Shown here in pieces: positions 38,510 through 48,586 of a stretch of 64,000 nt of DNA. Source of the DNA: an uncultured bacterium (lineage in GTDB: Bacteria; Auribacterota; Erginobacteria; Erginobacterales; Erginobacteraceae); NCBI GenBank assembly GCA_963822585.1, contig CAWGIE010000036.1, forward strand, positions 192,001 through 256,000, given 5' to 3'. Under the pieces are notes generated by a model, which saw nothing but the letters and a program-made list of their open reading frames with translations, did no database searches and was not told where the DNA came from. The position numbers were made by a program, and so were the translations under genes. Each line of letters opens with the position of its first letter. The stretch's first letter is position 1.

Positions 38510-39061
38510 TCATTCATAATATCCCTGCAATTCGTCTCTCAGTTTCCGCAGGGCCTGAAACAGGTTGGCCTTGACCGCGCCCAGCGAACAGCCCTGAATC
38601 CGGGCGATCTCCTTTAACGGAAACCCCTGGTACTGCCTGAGCACGAACACGTCGCGTTGTTTCGGCGGCAGTGAAGCCACGGCCCGCTCGATCAGGGCCG
38701 CCGTCTCCTTCCCTTCCAGAGCGGACCGGGGATGATGATGCTGTTTCGGATCGGACGGCGGCGCCAGATCATCGAGCGGAATTGTTCCTTTTCGGCTCAT
38801 CTCCCTCCCCCGGTCCACGGAGAGATTCACGATCACGCGGTAGAGCCAGGTAAAAAGAGAGGCCTTCGGCTTCCAGTGGGGCAGTACCGTGTGCATCCTG
38901 ATGAACGCTTCCTGGACAATATCCCGGGCGTCTTCCCGGTGCCCGGTCCGGTAATACGCCAGAGCGAGGGCCTTTTCCTGAAAAAGTCTCATGATCTCGT
39001 CGAAGGTTTCCCGATCCCCGGCCTGGAACCTGCGGATGAGCTCTTCTTCTCCTTCAATCAT
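38510..39061 (-). CDS. ECF RNA polymerase sigma factor
   Basis: GD.ETFDE, DARDIVQEAF, FTWLYRV..N, LPPKQRDVFVLR, EIA...CSLGAVK. Confidence 0.93.
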   Translation of the reverse strand: MIEGEEELIRRFQAGDRETFDEIMRLFQEKALALAYYRTGHREDARDIVQEAFIRMHTVLPHWKPKASLFTWLYRVIVNLSVDRGREMSRKGTIPLDDLAPPSDPKQHHHPRSALEGKETAALIERAVASLPPKQRDVFVLRQYQGFPLKEIARIQGCSLGAVKANLFQALRKLRDELQGYYE

Positions 39062-39491
39062 TCCACTCTCCCGGGAGCAACAGTACCCCTTCACTGTTAT
39101 TGAACGAAAAAGAGATAAAAAGGTTTACCGGATTAATGCCTCCGGCGCAATTTGATGTAAAGTTTAAAATGCAAGAGGCGGGAAACGTTACACATTACAC
39201 CTGAATATGTCACCCAGCGGTATTGATATTCCGAACTATTTCAGCCTCGATTTTACCGGGAAGGGAGACGCTTTCAAAGAGAATATTCGGGAAGGCACTG
39301 ATACAACAATGAGGAGAATCGGGCAACGATGCCCGCTCCATCCGGCGGCGATAGCTCCACTGCCGGATGATTTTTTCCGGGAGGACAAAAATCGAGGGGT
39401 ATATTACAGCTGGTGCCTCAATTCACCGATGACGGGAAGCAGCCGGGGTCCGAGATCAATTTGACCGAAGAATCTGGACAGCGGTATCCCG

Positions 39492-40313
39492 TCAATTCCA
39501 GCCGGTCTCAATCCGATGGACGGAAAGAAGAACCATCCGGTCATCCGGGATCGGGGAAATCATGATTTCCCCCAGGACCGTTATCTTGTCTCCGCTCTTC
39601 AAGCCCGATACCAGCGCCTTGTTCTCTTCGTCGTTGGGCAGGTAGCAAGGGACCGGGCAGAATTCTCCCCGGAATTTTAAGGAAGTGTTGTTGGACAGAT
39701 TAAGGTCCTTCTCGAAGTTGGTGTAATAGGTGGAAAAGAGGGAAAAGATATCACGGAAACGGACGTATTCCCCTTCATAATCTTCCGGCCGGCCGGACAG
39801 CTCGCCCGGATCGATGTCCCGGTAGACCACCTGTTCTTCCCCGGACAGTGGTTCGAACACGGCTTCTCCCTCTCCCGGATCCCAGCCTTCCCTGATCTCA
39901 TCCACCTTGAACAGGAACTTCGGATTAACCAGCCTCCGCATCCCTTTTCCGGCCCGTTCCAGCCGTCCCACCAGCGTTATCCGTTCTCCCCGTTTCACAT
40001 TTTTAAAATCATCTCTCACCCGGCGGCTGTACTTATTTATGAAACAGGCGAGCTTGGAGTCCCTGAGGACGAACTTGTAATAGGAATGCTCCTTAAAACC
40101 GCGTTTCTTTTCCATGGGCAGGAAGTTGCTCTTCAGATCGGCGATGATATCCTGGATAACGATTTTTTTATAATCCAGCCGCTGCTCATCAATTGTTATC
40201 GGGTTCCAGTCCATCCCCCGGAGGACAGGCAGGTCCGGGGAGGGAGCGGCCCCACGGGGGTACCCCATTGCCGCCAGCAAAGCGGCGCCGATAAGATACA
40301 GTTTTATTTTCAT
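39492..40313 (-). CDS. Secreted protein with two OB-fold-like repeats
   Basis: Start MKIKLYL (GAGGTG RBS); two repeats ending VKRGERITLVGRL...FKVDEIREGW and LKSGDKITVLGEI...LSVHRIETGW. Confidence 0.7.
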   Translation of the reverse strand: MKIKLYLIGAALLAAMGYPRGAAPSPDLPVLRGMDWNPITIDEQRLDYKKIVIQDIIADLKSNFLPMEKKRGFKEHSYYKFVLRDSKLACFINKYSRRVRDDFKNVKRGERITLVGRLERAGKGMRRLVNPKFLFKVDEIREGWDPGEGEAVFEPLSGEEQVVYRDIDPGELSGRPEDYEGEYVRFRDIFSLFSTYYTNFEKDLNLSNNTSLKFRGEFCPVPCYLPNDEENKALVSGLKSGDKITVLGEIMISPIPDDRMVLLSVHRIETGWN

Positions 40314-40367
40314 CGTTTCACCTCTTGAGATGCCGGGCGTATTCCGGTTCTTATTGCTCCGCTGCAT

Positions 40368-41279
40368 TCATTCCTCATCGTTTTCTGCTTCACCTGTCTC
40401 CCCGCTCCCGACGTCGCCTCCGCTGACTGCGCCGGTTTCTCCCCCCCCGGAATCGAGATCGATATCGGCACCACCGCGGCCGGCGTCGCGACCGGAAGAA
40501 CGGGATTTATCGGGTTCTTCGTTATCGGAACCGGAACGGCGCGCAGCGTCGGATTCTTCTTCATCCCGGAAATCGTCAGCCCGGGCCAGGTCGTCGATCT
40601 TCCCCGCGACTTCCCCCATGCTGGAAGCCAGATCATCCACTACCCGGCCCAGAGCTGCCAACTGACCGTTTATTTTCTCCAGTGTCCGGTCGGTGTGCAT
40701 GCCGATCTCCGTGACACCGGCAACCTCCGACGAAGTCCCGGACACTCCCAGAGCCACTGTGTCCATCCCCGAATTCAGCTCCCGAATACCCATCCCCATC
40801 TCGCCGCCCTGGTCCTCTATACGGGTCAGCTGCCGTCCGGCGGTCAACTGGCCCGAGCAGATGGCGTTCAGGGCCCGGATCATCTTCTCCTGATTGTCAA
40901 CCAATGAGTATGACGAAGGAGAAGGCGCCCCTGTCTCATCCTTGATCTCGACCGAGAGAACCACGGTGGAGGAAGATGCGCCGGGGCGGGGAATAAGCAA
41001 GCTCCCCTGACCGTCATCGCCGTAACGCAATTCCCTAACCAGTACCGCCTTTCCCTCCCGGGAGGCTTTCATAATCAATTCCCGGACGGCATTACCGAAC
41101 TGGTCTCCGGACCGCGCGATGGGGGGGAGGACATACTCATCAGCCGGGAGATTTTCCGTCCGGACGGGGAGGGGGAAAACAATCATCCGGAGGGCGATGG
41201 TTGCCGTGATCATTCCCGTCGGGAAAAACTTCCAGCCCGGAGCCGGGCGAAAGATAAGCCGGCGCGTTATCATCTTCAT
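40368..41279 (-). CDS. Putative exported coiled-coil protein, paralogue C, with acidic disordered tail
   Basis: SLVDNQEKMIRAL...QL aligns without gaps to the two upstream paralogues; TAATG coupling to the upstream gene. Confidence 0.75.
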   Translation of the reverse strand: MKMITRRLIFRPAPGWKFFPTGMITATIALRMIVFPLPVRTENLPADEYVLPPIARSGDQFGNAVRELIMKASREGKAVLVRELRYGDDGQGSLLIPRPGASSSTVVLSVEIKDETGAPSPSSYSLVDNQEKMIRALNAICSGQLTAGRQLTRIEDQGGEMGMGIRELNSGMDTVALGVSGTSSEVAGVTEIGMHTDRTLEKINGQLAALGRVVDDLASSMGEVAGKIDDLARADDFRDEEESDAARRSGSDNEEPDKSRSSGRDAGRGGADIDLDSGGGETGAVSGGDVGSGETGEAENDEE

Positions 41280-41848
41280 TACTCCATACCAGACAGCGTA
41301 TCCTGAATATCCTTTATGTCGGCACCGATCTCCGCGGTTGCCTCCGAGATATCACCGACCTCCGCCGACGTGCTGGACATGTCGATCCGGCCCATGTCCA
41401 GGCCGTACGCGATATCTTTTTCTCCCAGCGTCATGTCGCGGAGCATGTTTTCATTGCGGGCCAGCCGGCGTTCGAGAACCGACTGGTGACGGACGATAAC
41501 TTCCAGGGCGTTGAGGAGAGCCAGCTGGCTCCGGAGGATGCTCTTCTGCATATCCAGCATCCGCCGCATATCCCCGTCCTCCTTATCCACTTTCAGCAGG
41601 TAAACCTTCTTCTTTTCGCCCTCTTCTCCCTCGACGAACCGGTCGGACGGCCGGGTTTCGTCCACCCGGATAACGGCGCCTGAATCGAGGCCGCCGATAT
41701 CCGCGGCGGTGAGCGGAGAGCCGGCGGCTATCTTTTCCGCGAGGGCGCCCCCACCGCCGGGAACAGGGGATGGGGATGGAACCGGATCACCCCGGACGGA
41801 ACTGGCGATCATAAGGATTATTCCGGCTATTACCGGGCGCGCTCGCAT
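41279..41848 (-). CDS. Secreted coiled-coil protein, paralogue B
   Basis: Signal peptide; EEGEKKKVYLLKVD followed by a heptad region; TGATG coupling. Confidence 0.8.
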   Translation of the reverse strand: MRARPVIAGIILMIASSVRGDPVPSPSPVPGGGGALAEKIAAGSPLTAADIGGLDSGAVIRVDETRPSDRFVEGEEGEKKKVYLLKVDKEDGDMRRMLDMQKSILRSQLALLNALEVIVRHQSVLERRLARNENMLRDMTLGEKDIAYGLDMGRIDMSSTSAEVGDISEATAEIGADIKDIQDTLSGME

Positions 41849-42534
41849 CAGAATCCTCCCCCCCCTTCGGGTTCGATATCTCCAACCGTTTCCAGGATCT
41901 CATCGGCGGTGTCGGAGACGCCGGCGAGCGCGACCTCGATATTGCTGAGCTGTTTCTGGATTTCCAGCACCTCCTGGTGAATACTGGCGGTCACCTCGGA
42001 CACGTCCGCCGTCTCCGCCAGGTTGCTGGCCAGATCGGTCCGGGCGGCGGCAATACCGGCGCCATTATCGGTCAGCCCGAGCGCCGTTTCCCGGTTCAGG
42101 TTTTCCATCCGGGCCAGCTTGTTCCCGAGCATCCCCTGATGCGCGCCCAGGACGCCCAGGACCCGCATCACCGCGAGCTGGTTGGAGAGAAGATTTCTCT
42201 GAAGCTCCAGCATCTCGCGGTCCGGGGGTTTTCCCGAATCCAGCTTGAGCAGGTAGATCTTCTTCTCCACCCCCTCTTCATTGATTTCGCGGCCGGGATA
42301 CCTCCCCCCCGGACCGGGGGGGACGACGACTCCGCCGGCGGCACCAGTCGTGCTTGAACAGAGAAGTATCTCCGCGGCGGTCCGGTTCTGTTCCTGCGGC
42401 GGTGCGGCGGCAACGTCAACGACACGGGAAGAGCCCGGCGGCGAATCCTCTCCGATGCTTGACATCCCCGAAAACAAACATCCCAGTAAAGCCGCGGCCC
42501 CCGCCAGCAATTTACCAGCCTCTTTCACGCTCAT
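41848..42534 (-). CDS. Secreted coiled-coil protein, paralogue A
   Basis: Probable start MSVKEAGKLL at 42534; signal peptide; EEGVEKKIYLLKLD followed by a heptad region. Confidence 0.8.
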   Translation of the reverse strand: MSVKEAGKLLAGAAALLGCLFSGMSSIGEDSPPGSSRVVDVAAAPPQEQNRTAAEILLCSSTTGAAGGVVVPPGPGGRYPGREINEEGVEKKIYLLKLDSGKPPDREMLELQRNLLSNQLAVMRVLGVLGAHQGMLGNKLARMENLNRETALGLTDNGAGIAAARTDLASNLAETADVSEVTASIHQEVLEIQKQLSNIEVALAGVSDTADEILETVGDIEPEGGGGF

Positions 42535-42979
42535 CTTCGGCTCCCGGGTAATCCTTTTCTTCGAGAGGACTGGTATCTTCATCGACCTCCTCCCCGTCAT
42601 CGTATCCGTCTCCATCGGTATCAAGATCGGTGGGGTCCGTACACCATTCTTCGACCTCCTCTTTATCACCAAGATTGTCTTCATCGGTGTCCTCCAGGAG
42701 GGGGTCGGAACCGTATTTCAGAACCTCGTCTCCGTCGAAGAGGCCGTCCCCGTCGGTATCGTCCTGGTTGGGATCGGTCTGGTAAATGTAGACTTCCTCC
42801 CCGTCGTCAAGTTGGTCCCCGTCGGTATCGATATTATTGGGGTCCGTCTCATATAACGCTGTTTCCTCCCTGTCGGTCAGGGTGTCGCCGTCGCTGTCTT
42901 GCTCGTCGGCGAGGGAAAAACCATTGACAAGGGCAAAACCGAGCAAAGCAGCGGCTGCCAGCCAGAGATTTTTCTTCAT
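42512..42979 (-). CDS. Secreted bacterial TSP3-repeat Ca2+-binding protein
   Basis: MKKNLW signal peptide (GGAGG RBS); five D(S/T)D(G/E)D.(L/Y).D.(E/D)E....(T/S)(D/S)P units. Confidence 0.88.
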   Translation of the reverse strand: MKKNLWLAAAALLGFALVNGFSLADEQDSDGDTLTDREETALYETDPNNIDTDGDQLDDGEEVYIYQTDPNQDDTDGDGLFDGDEVLKYGSDPLLEDTDEDNLGDKEEVEEWCTDPTDLDTDGDGYDDGEEVDEDTSPLEEKDYPGAEDERERGW

Positions 42980-43070
42980 GTCTGTTGCCTCCCAATTGAT
43001 TGACGCTTTCCGATTCATGGAACTGTCACTTTTTTATCCACTGGAAAGATCGCACAGGAGCCCCGGAAAG

Positions 43071-43088
43071 TTGTCACGGAATTGTCAT
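43071..43088. promoter_or_regulatory. OmpR/PhoB-type direct-repeat operator
   Basis: TTGTCAC-GGAA-TTGTCAT (11-bp period), about 90 bp upstream of the TSP3 gene start and downstream of an OmpR-family regulator gene. Confidence 0.6.
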
Positions 43089-43203
43089 CAGAACGTAAAA
43101 AAAACTCCGTGCAGAAGAAACCTGCGCGGAGTCGGCAGTGCGACCGGAACCGGCGAAATTCCAGGCATAATCCCGGTTTAAAGCGATTCAGTATTCATTC
43201 GGA

Positions 43204-44274
43204 CTATTTCCTGGTCTCGACTTCTTTGAGGCGGTCAATCAGGGTACGGAGGCGCTCGGCTTGACCGGCCGGAGCTTTATTAGCCGCTTCCTTGTAATAC
43301 CAGACGGCAACTCGGGGTTTACTCTGGAAACACTCACTGAGAAAGGCCAGCCGGTAGGGAGGATACCAGCTATCCGGATAAAGTTTACGGGCTCGCCCGT
43401 ATATTTCCGCCGCTTCTTTATAACGTCCCTCCCGGGTCCGGGTCTCACCGAGATCAAGGAGAGACTGCAGTTCTCCGGAAATTGTTTTTGCTTCTTGGGC
43501 GCCCACGGCTTCATTGAGAAGATGAAGCTCGAAATCAATTCGGTTCTTTTCCTCCGGCGGGGACCGGCGCGAATAGATTCCCCAGATCCTGATCCCCTCT
43601 TCCGGCGTGCCGGCTTCCCGGTAACACACCGCCAGGTCACGGTAGGCGGCGAAGTTATTCTGATATTCGGGCGATTTGATCACCTGATTGTAATAATAGA
43701 TCGCCTCCTGATACTGCCCGAACTCCCGGCAGGCCTGGGCCATCAGGAACTGGAGATAGCGATTCTGGGGATCGAGCGCAAGCGCTTCCTTAAAGGCTTC
43801 CCGGGCTTCCTCCGGATTCCCGTCGTCAAGGTTGCCCAAGCCGCGACTGATCAAAGCCGGAAGAGGGATTGATTCCTTCTCCTCCGTTTCGACGGACATG
43901 CCGGAGTATAATCTCACCAGTCCCTCCGAGACCTGCTCTCGGATCGAGGGAAACTCGCCGAACTCGTCGCGGGCATGCTGATAGCATTCGATGGCTTCCA
44001 CCACCCGGCCCATCTTTTCCAGACAACCCCCCAGCCGGACCGTGGCTCTCCCGGCCAGCCGAGGAGTGCTGGCGGGATTCGCGGCGATCGCTCGATAGAT
44101 CTCCACCGCCGCCGCAGGCTCTCCGAGGGCGATCTCCCGATAGAGACCCTGGTAAAAAAGATAGTCCGCGGCTTGTTCCGACGAATCGGACGCCGCGGTG
44201 TCGTCGGACGACAGGCCCGGGGAACAAGTCAGCAGAAACACTCCCATCGTCGACAGTATCCATCGATTCCTCAT
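43204..44274 (-). CDS. Secreted TPR-repeat protein
   Basis: Signal peptide; multiple TPRs (A.E.F..AL.LDP, LG.C..KMG...EA..CY). Confidence 0.85.
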   Translation of the reverse strand: MRNRWILSTMGVFLLTCSPGLSSDDTAASDSSEQAADYLFYQGLYREIALGEPAAAVEIYRAIAANPASTPRLAGRATVRLGGCLEKMGRVVEAIECYQHARDEFGEFPSIREQVSEGLVRLYSGMSVETEEKESIPLPALISRGLGNLDDGNPEEAREAFKEALALDPQNRYLQFLMAQACREFGQYQEAIYYYNQVIKSPEYQNNFAAYRDLAVCYREAGTPEEGIRIWGIYSRRSPPEEKNRIDFELHLLNEAVGAQEAKTISGELQSLLDLGETRTREGRYKEAAEIYGRARKLYPDSWYPPYRLAFLSECFQSKPRVAVWYYKEAANKAPAGQAERLRTLIDRLKEVETRK

Positions 44275-44277
44275 GGA

Positions 44278-44961
44278 TCAATCTCCCGTCAGCTTGTAGC
44301 CGGCCCCGTAAACGGTCACGATATACCGCGGATTCTTCGGATCGTTTTCGATCTTCTTCCGTAATTTCAGGATCAGGTTGTCGACCGTCCGCGTTGTGGG
44401 ATATACATCAAACCCCCAGATTTCATCGAGCAGTTCGTCCCTGGTCACAACCGTATCTCGGTGGACAAGCAGATAGCCGAGGATCCTGGTCTCCAGGGCC
44501 GTCATGCTCCTTCTCTCCCCATCTCGAACGACCTGGAAACTGTCCAGATCGATCTCGACGTTTCCGATGGCGTGCCGTCCCCTCCTCGTCGCCGTCTCTT
44601 CTCCTCGCCGGGAGAGAACTTTGACCCGGGCCAGCAGTTCCCGGACCCCGAACGGTTTGGTCATGTAATCATCAGCTCCCAGCTCCAAGCCGTGAACCTT
44701 ATCCGCCTCCTCGCCCCGGGCGGAGAGCATGAGAACCCGGATCGTCGGAATCTCTTTCTTGAGACACCGGCAGATATCATACCCGCTGATGTCGGGAAGC
44801 ATAACGTCCAGGATCACCACCGCCGGGCGCTTTTTCCGGGCCAGGTCTATACCCGCTTCCCCGGTTGCGGCAGTCACTGTCTCATACCCCTGGGTCCGGA
44901 AAAAATCCTCCAGACTCTTCAACAGCTTTTCCTCGTCCTCGATGATCAATATCCTTTCCAT
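44278..44961 (-). CDS. OmpR-family response regulator
   Basis: MERILIIEDE, LDVMLPD, GADDYMTKPF, winged HTH RTVDNLILKLRKKIE...TVYGAGY. Confidence 0.95.
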   Translation of the reverse strand: MERILIIEDEEKLLKSLEDFFRTQGYETVTAATGEAGIDLARKKRPAVVILDVMLPDISGYDICRCLKKEIPTIRVLMLSARGEEADKVHGLELGADDYMTKPFGVRELLARVKVLSRRGEETATRRGRHAIGNVEIDLDSFQVVRDGERRSMTALETRILGYLLVHRDTVVTRDELLDEIWGFDVYPTTRTVDNLILKLRKKIENDPKNPRYIVTVYGAGYKLTGD

Positions 44962-45048
44962 CGGCTTCTCCTTCTCTATCGGATCAATCCCCTGTTTAAT
45001 TCTTATTCGTCTTAATCGGGCGCTTATATCCCGCACCGCGGCAAACTG

Positions 45049-47193
45049 CTATGACTCCCGCTTTATCGGGATAATGAGTGTAAAAACACTCCCCCGACCG
45101 GGCTGGCTCTCCACATCAACCCGGCCTCCATGAGCCTCGGCTATGTTCCTGACGATGGCCAGACCGAGACCGGCTCCTTTCCGGGAACGGCTTGATACCT
45201 GCCGGGAACGGTAGAACTGATCGAAAATCCGTTTGATCTCTTCCCGGCTGATTCCGATTCCCCGATCCTTGACACTGAGGATTATTTCATCGCCGCGGCG
45301 GCGCAGATCGACCCATATTCTTCTATCTATCCGTGAAAACATGACCGCATTGTGCATCAGGTTGATCAGAGCCTGGGAAAGCGCGTCACCGTCAACTGCG
45401 ACCCGGGGGATATCATTTTCCGCCTGATAAATAATCTCAAAACCCTCGGTTTTCGCGTATTCCTCGAAAGCCCTGACCGTCCGGGAGACGGTCTCCTGGA
45501 TATCGGTTATCTGGACGATATACCGTTTATTGCCGGCGCCGATCTTGGAAAAATCCAGCACATTGTCTATCAGCCGGCTGAGCCGTTCACTCTCGGAGGT
45601 GATGAACCCGAAATATTCTTTCTCCTTCTCCCGGCTGGAGACCGCTCCCATTTCCAGCATCTCCCCCACCGCTCGAATGGTCGCCAGGGGGGTCCTCAGC
45701 TCATGTGAAACCCGCGAGATAAAATCGCTTTTCAGGCGGGCAAGCTCGGTATCCTTTTTTAGAAGGCGATAAATCACGTAAATACCGAGAAAAATGATCG
45801 CCAGCAGGAAGAGAATGTATCCCAAGCGGTTCCGCCTCTCCTGCCGGGAGAACTCCAGGAAAAATCCCCGGCTCTGATAAGTCACTCTGACATCCCAGCC
45901 CGGCAGGAGGGGGGACAGGGATTGCACGACCCGGTATCGGGAACCGTTGGCGGGATCGCCGACCCGGGCCTCTTCGTTCCCCTGTCCGTTACGGACAATG
46001 ATGTTAACATCCGTTTCCGCCTCCATCACCGCGGCGATAGCTTCTTGCACCGTTTCTTGGAGTTGGGTAGGATCGAGGATGACCCCCAGGATCGTTCCTC
46101 CGCCGGAGATATCCTCCGGGAGCCTTTCGATCAGGGCGATCGCTTCCTCGCCGTCAACGCTGCCTGCAAAGACCTTCAATTCCGGTTCATCCCCTTTCTC
46201 TCCGGTATAGGGGAGCAGCCGAGCATACTCGCCGCGGACGGCTTCCTGGATTCGCTCCCCCCGAAGAGCGGTCTGCTGCCGATGAAGCCAGCGGGCGTCC
46301 TGCCGGTCGATCTCCTGGCAGGCTGCGCGGTCAAGTATCCCTTCATCCTTGAGGGCGGCGGCTGTTTCCGAGGCCTGCCGGGCGAAGAAGGATGCCTCCT
46401 CGACGCTCCCCGCCAGATTTCCCCGGGCAAGTCCTTCCAGGATCTGCCGGCAATATTCGAGAGAGCGGTCGTAATTGAAGAGGCTGCGTTCGATTTCGGC
46501 TAGACGGAGAAGTGCCACCAGCCGGAGAGAGAGTCCACCCAGGGAAACACGGCCGCCGGGAAGCTCGGACAGCCGCCGGTAATACGCGACGGCCGCGCGA
46601 TAATCCCGGGCTTTGAAACATACCCGGCCCAGAAGGTGGAGCGCAAGCGCGGCGGTAAGATCGGATCGGCTCAGAGAGAGCGCCTCCCGGTATTTCCGGA
46701 GGACCAGGGGGAGATCTTCCCCGGAAAACTCATCCCTTTCCCCCTCCAATATCTTTCGCGCGAACGCTCGGTCGTCGCCGGGGAGGAAGGCGAGTTCCCG
46801 GATATCGGGCAATTCCACCGCGGAAGGGCCAAAGGGGAACTGGCGGTTGAGGGCGCTGTCAAAGAGGAAAAATTCCTCGCAGATGGGGGACGACTCGCAG
46901 GCAGCCTGAAGAACTTCAGTCGGCTCCCGGACCGGATCCGCGTCGTCCAGATACCGCGACACCCCTCCCTCTTTCTCGAGTACCGCGTCAAAGATCATCT
47001 TCCGGCAGACCTCCCCGACACGGTTCAGATAGGCCGTGATCTTCTGATCGATTGTTTCCGGTTTCTCGGCCAGAGAACGGGAAACGAGGAAGGCCAGGAT
47101 AACGGCTGGAATAAAAACGAAGAAGACAAAGAGGAAGAGAAATCTACCTCTCCGCAACCTGTCGATTACCGGAGCTAATCGTCGGGGAAGCAT
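45049..47193 (-). CDS. Membrane sensor histidine kinase with large TPR-containing extracytoplasmic region
   Basis: Two TM helices; SHELRTPL, NLMHNA, DRGIGI, GAGLGL, GRGSVF. Confidence 0.95.
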   Translation of the reverse strand: MLPRRLAPVIDRLRRGRFLFLFVFFVFIPAVILAFLVSRSLAEKPETIDQKITAYLNRVGEVCRKMIFDAVLEKEGGVSRYLDDADPVREPTEVLQAACESSPICEEFFLFDSALNRQFPFGPSAVELPDIRELAFLPGDDRAFARKILEGERDEFSGEDLPLVLRKYREALSLSRSDLTAALALHLLGRVCFKARDYRAAVAYYRRLSELPGGRVSLGGLSLRLVALLRLAEIERSLFNYDRSLEYCRQILEGLARGNLAGSVEEASFFARQASETAAALKDEGILDRAACQEIDRQDARWLHRQQTALRGERIQEAVRGEYARLLPYTGEKGDEPELKVFAGSVDGEEAIALIERLPEDISGGGTILGVILDPTQLQETVQEAIAAVMEAETDVNIIVRNGQGNEEARVGDPANGSRYRVVQSLSPLLPGWDVRVTYQSRGFFLEFSRQERRNRLGYILFLLAIIFLGIYVIYRLLKKDTELARLKSDFISRVSHELRTPLATIRAVGEMLEMGAVSSREKEKEYFGFITSESERLSRLIDNVLDFSKIGAGNKRYIVQITDIQETVSRTVRAFEEYAKTEGFEIIYQAENDIPRVAVDGDALSQALINLMHNAVMFSRIDRRIWVDLRRRGDEIILSVKDRGIGISREEIKRIFDQFYRSRQVSSRSRKGAGLGLAIVRNIAEAHGGRVDVESQPGRGSVFTLIIPIKRES

Positions 47194-47302
47194 TACCGTT
47201 TTTCTAGGACACTGAAATTAATTCCTTGCACTTGATAGTAATAATCACGAAAATTCATTATTGATCAATGGAAGTTTTATGATTATCGAAGATAATTCTA
47301 CA

Positions 47303-48406
47303 ATGAGACAGGCCAACAATGCAAATAAAGCCGGGCTTCTGGAGAGGTTGGTTACCGTCGTCCGAAATCACCGGCGATTCGCCGTTTTTTCACATGAGGA
47401 GCCGGACGGCGATGCCATCGGCTCGCAGATCGCCCTCACCGCCGCGCTGAAAACGTTGGGTAAAGACGTTATCTCTCTCCGGGTCGATCCGTCGCCACCC
47501 GCCCTGGCATTTCTTAACCGGTCCGGACTGGTCGGAGAATACCGCCCGACGGACGACGATCCGGGGATCCTCTCCGCCCAGGTTATTATCGTTGTCGACT
47601 GCTGTAATTATTTCCGCCTGGGCAGTTTGGCTGGAATCGTGGAGAGCGCTCCCGCTTTTATTATCAATATCGATCATCACCGGGATAACGCCTTCTTCGG
47701 CGATCTGAATTACGTCCGTTTCACGGCCGGGGGGGCGGCGGAGTTGATCTTCGAGGTCATCCGGGCCTTGCAGGTTTTGATTTCCGGTACCATCGCCGAG
47801 GCTATTTATGTGGGGCTGTCAACCGACACGGTTGGCTTCCGGTACATCGACCCGGAGGGGAACATGCTCGGAGTCATCCGGGATCTGATCAAAGGCGGTA
47901 TCGACGTCGAGGACCTTCAGGAAAAAATCTACTGCAATCAGCCCGACGGTTATCTCGACGATCTGGCATCCCTGCTCCGGACGGTTCATTATGAACGTGA
48001 CGGCGCACTGGCCTGGTTTACCATGTTTAAAAGCGATTATCTTTCCTTTTATCAGAGGGAGTTGGCCTCCGAGGCTCTGAAGCAGCTTCTCAGCATCAAA
48101 CGGATCCGGGCGGCGGTGATGCTCCATCAGGAGCGGGCCGGTATCGAGGTATGGCTCCGCTCGAAGCGGGACGTCAACGTCTGCCGGGCGGCGATGAGAG
48201 TTGGCGGCGGCGGCCATCATACCGCCGCCGGGGCGCTGGTCAGGGAAAAAAGCCTGGAAGAGGCAACGGAAGAAGTCTTGCGGAGCGTTCGGAAAGAGAT
48301 GGGGGAAACGAAGCAAACGACCTCGATTCCATCGGGCAAAGCGAAAGTAGACCCGAAAAATCAAAGATCCCGCGGTAGCGGAGCTACTCCGCGGGCTGCT
48401 CTCTGA
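47303..48406 (+). CDS. nrnA: DHH family phosphoesterase (nanoRNase/pAp phosphatase)
   Basis: HEEPDGDAIGS, VVDC, IDHH, TDT.GF, LRS, GGGGH..AAG. Confidence 0.88.
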   Translation: MRQANNANKAGLLERLVTVVRNHRRFAVFSHEEPDGDAIGSQIALTAALKTLGKDVISLRVDPSPPALAFLNRSGLVGEYRPTDDDPGILSAQVIIVVDCCNYFRLGSLAGIVESAPAFIINIDHHRDNAFFGDLNYVRFTAGGAAELIFEVIRALQVLISGTIAEAIYVGLSTDTVGFRYIDPEGNMLGVIRDLIKGGIDVEDLQEKIYCNQPDGYLDDLASLLRTVHYERDGALAWFTMFKSDYLSFYQRELASEALKQLLSIKRIRAAVMLHQERAGIEVWLRSKRDVNVCRAAMRVGGGGHHTAAGALVREKSLEEATEEVLRSVRKEMGETKQTTSIPSGKAKVDPKNQRSRGSGATPRAAL

Positions 48407-48586
48407 TCATCTCGGGTTAAAAATGACGCATCTCGGAGGACGAAATCCGAAAGGGAAAACCGCGATGATGAACTTCGCGGTCTCCCCTGATCTGATCACT
48501 GTTGTTATTCCACGTTCAGGATGTTACTGTTACTATCCCTCTTGGCCAAGCAGAGAAACCAACGGATCACAGGGAGGATGTCACGC

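Noticed and set aside
39207..39464. 85-aa plus-strand ORF or ncRNA upstream of the ECF sigma gene
   Set aside because: No recognisable motif, RBS or convincing RNA structure.
42535..42684. N-terminal part of the 278-aa ORF 41848-42684
   Set aside because: It is an alternative frame of the TSP3 gene; a signal peptide begins at ATG 42534.
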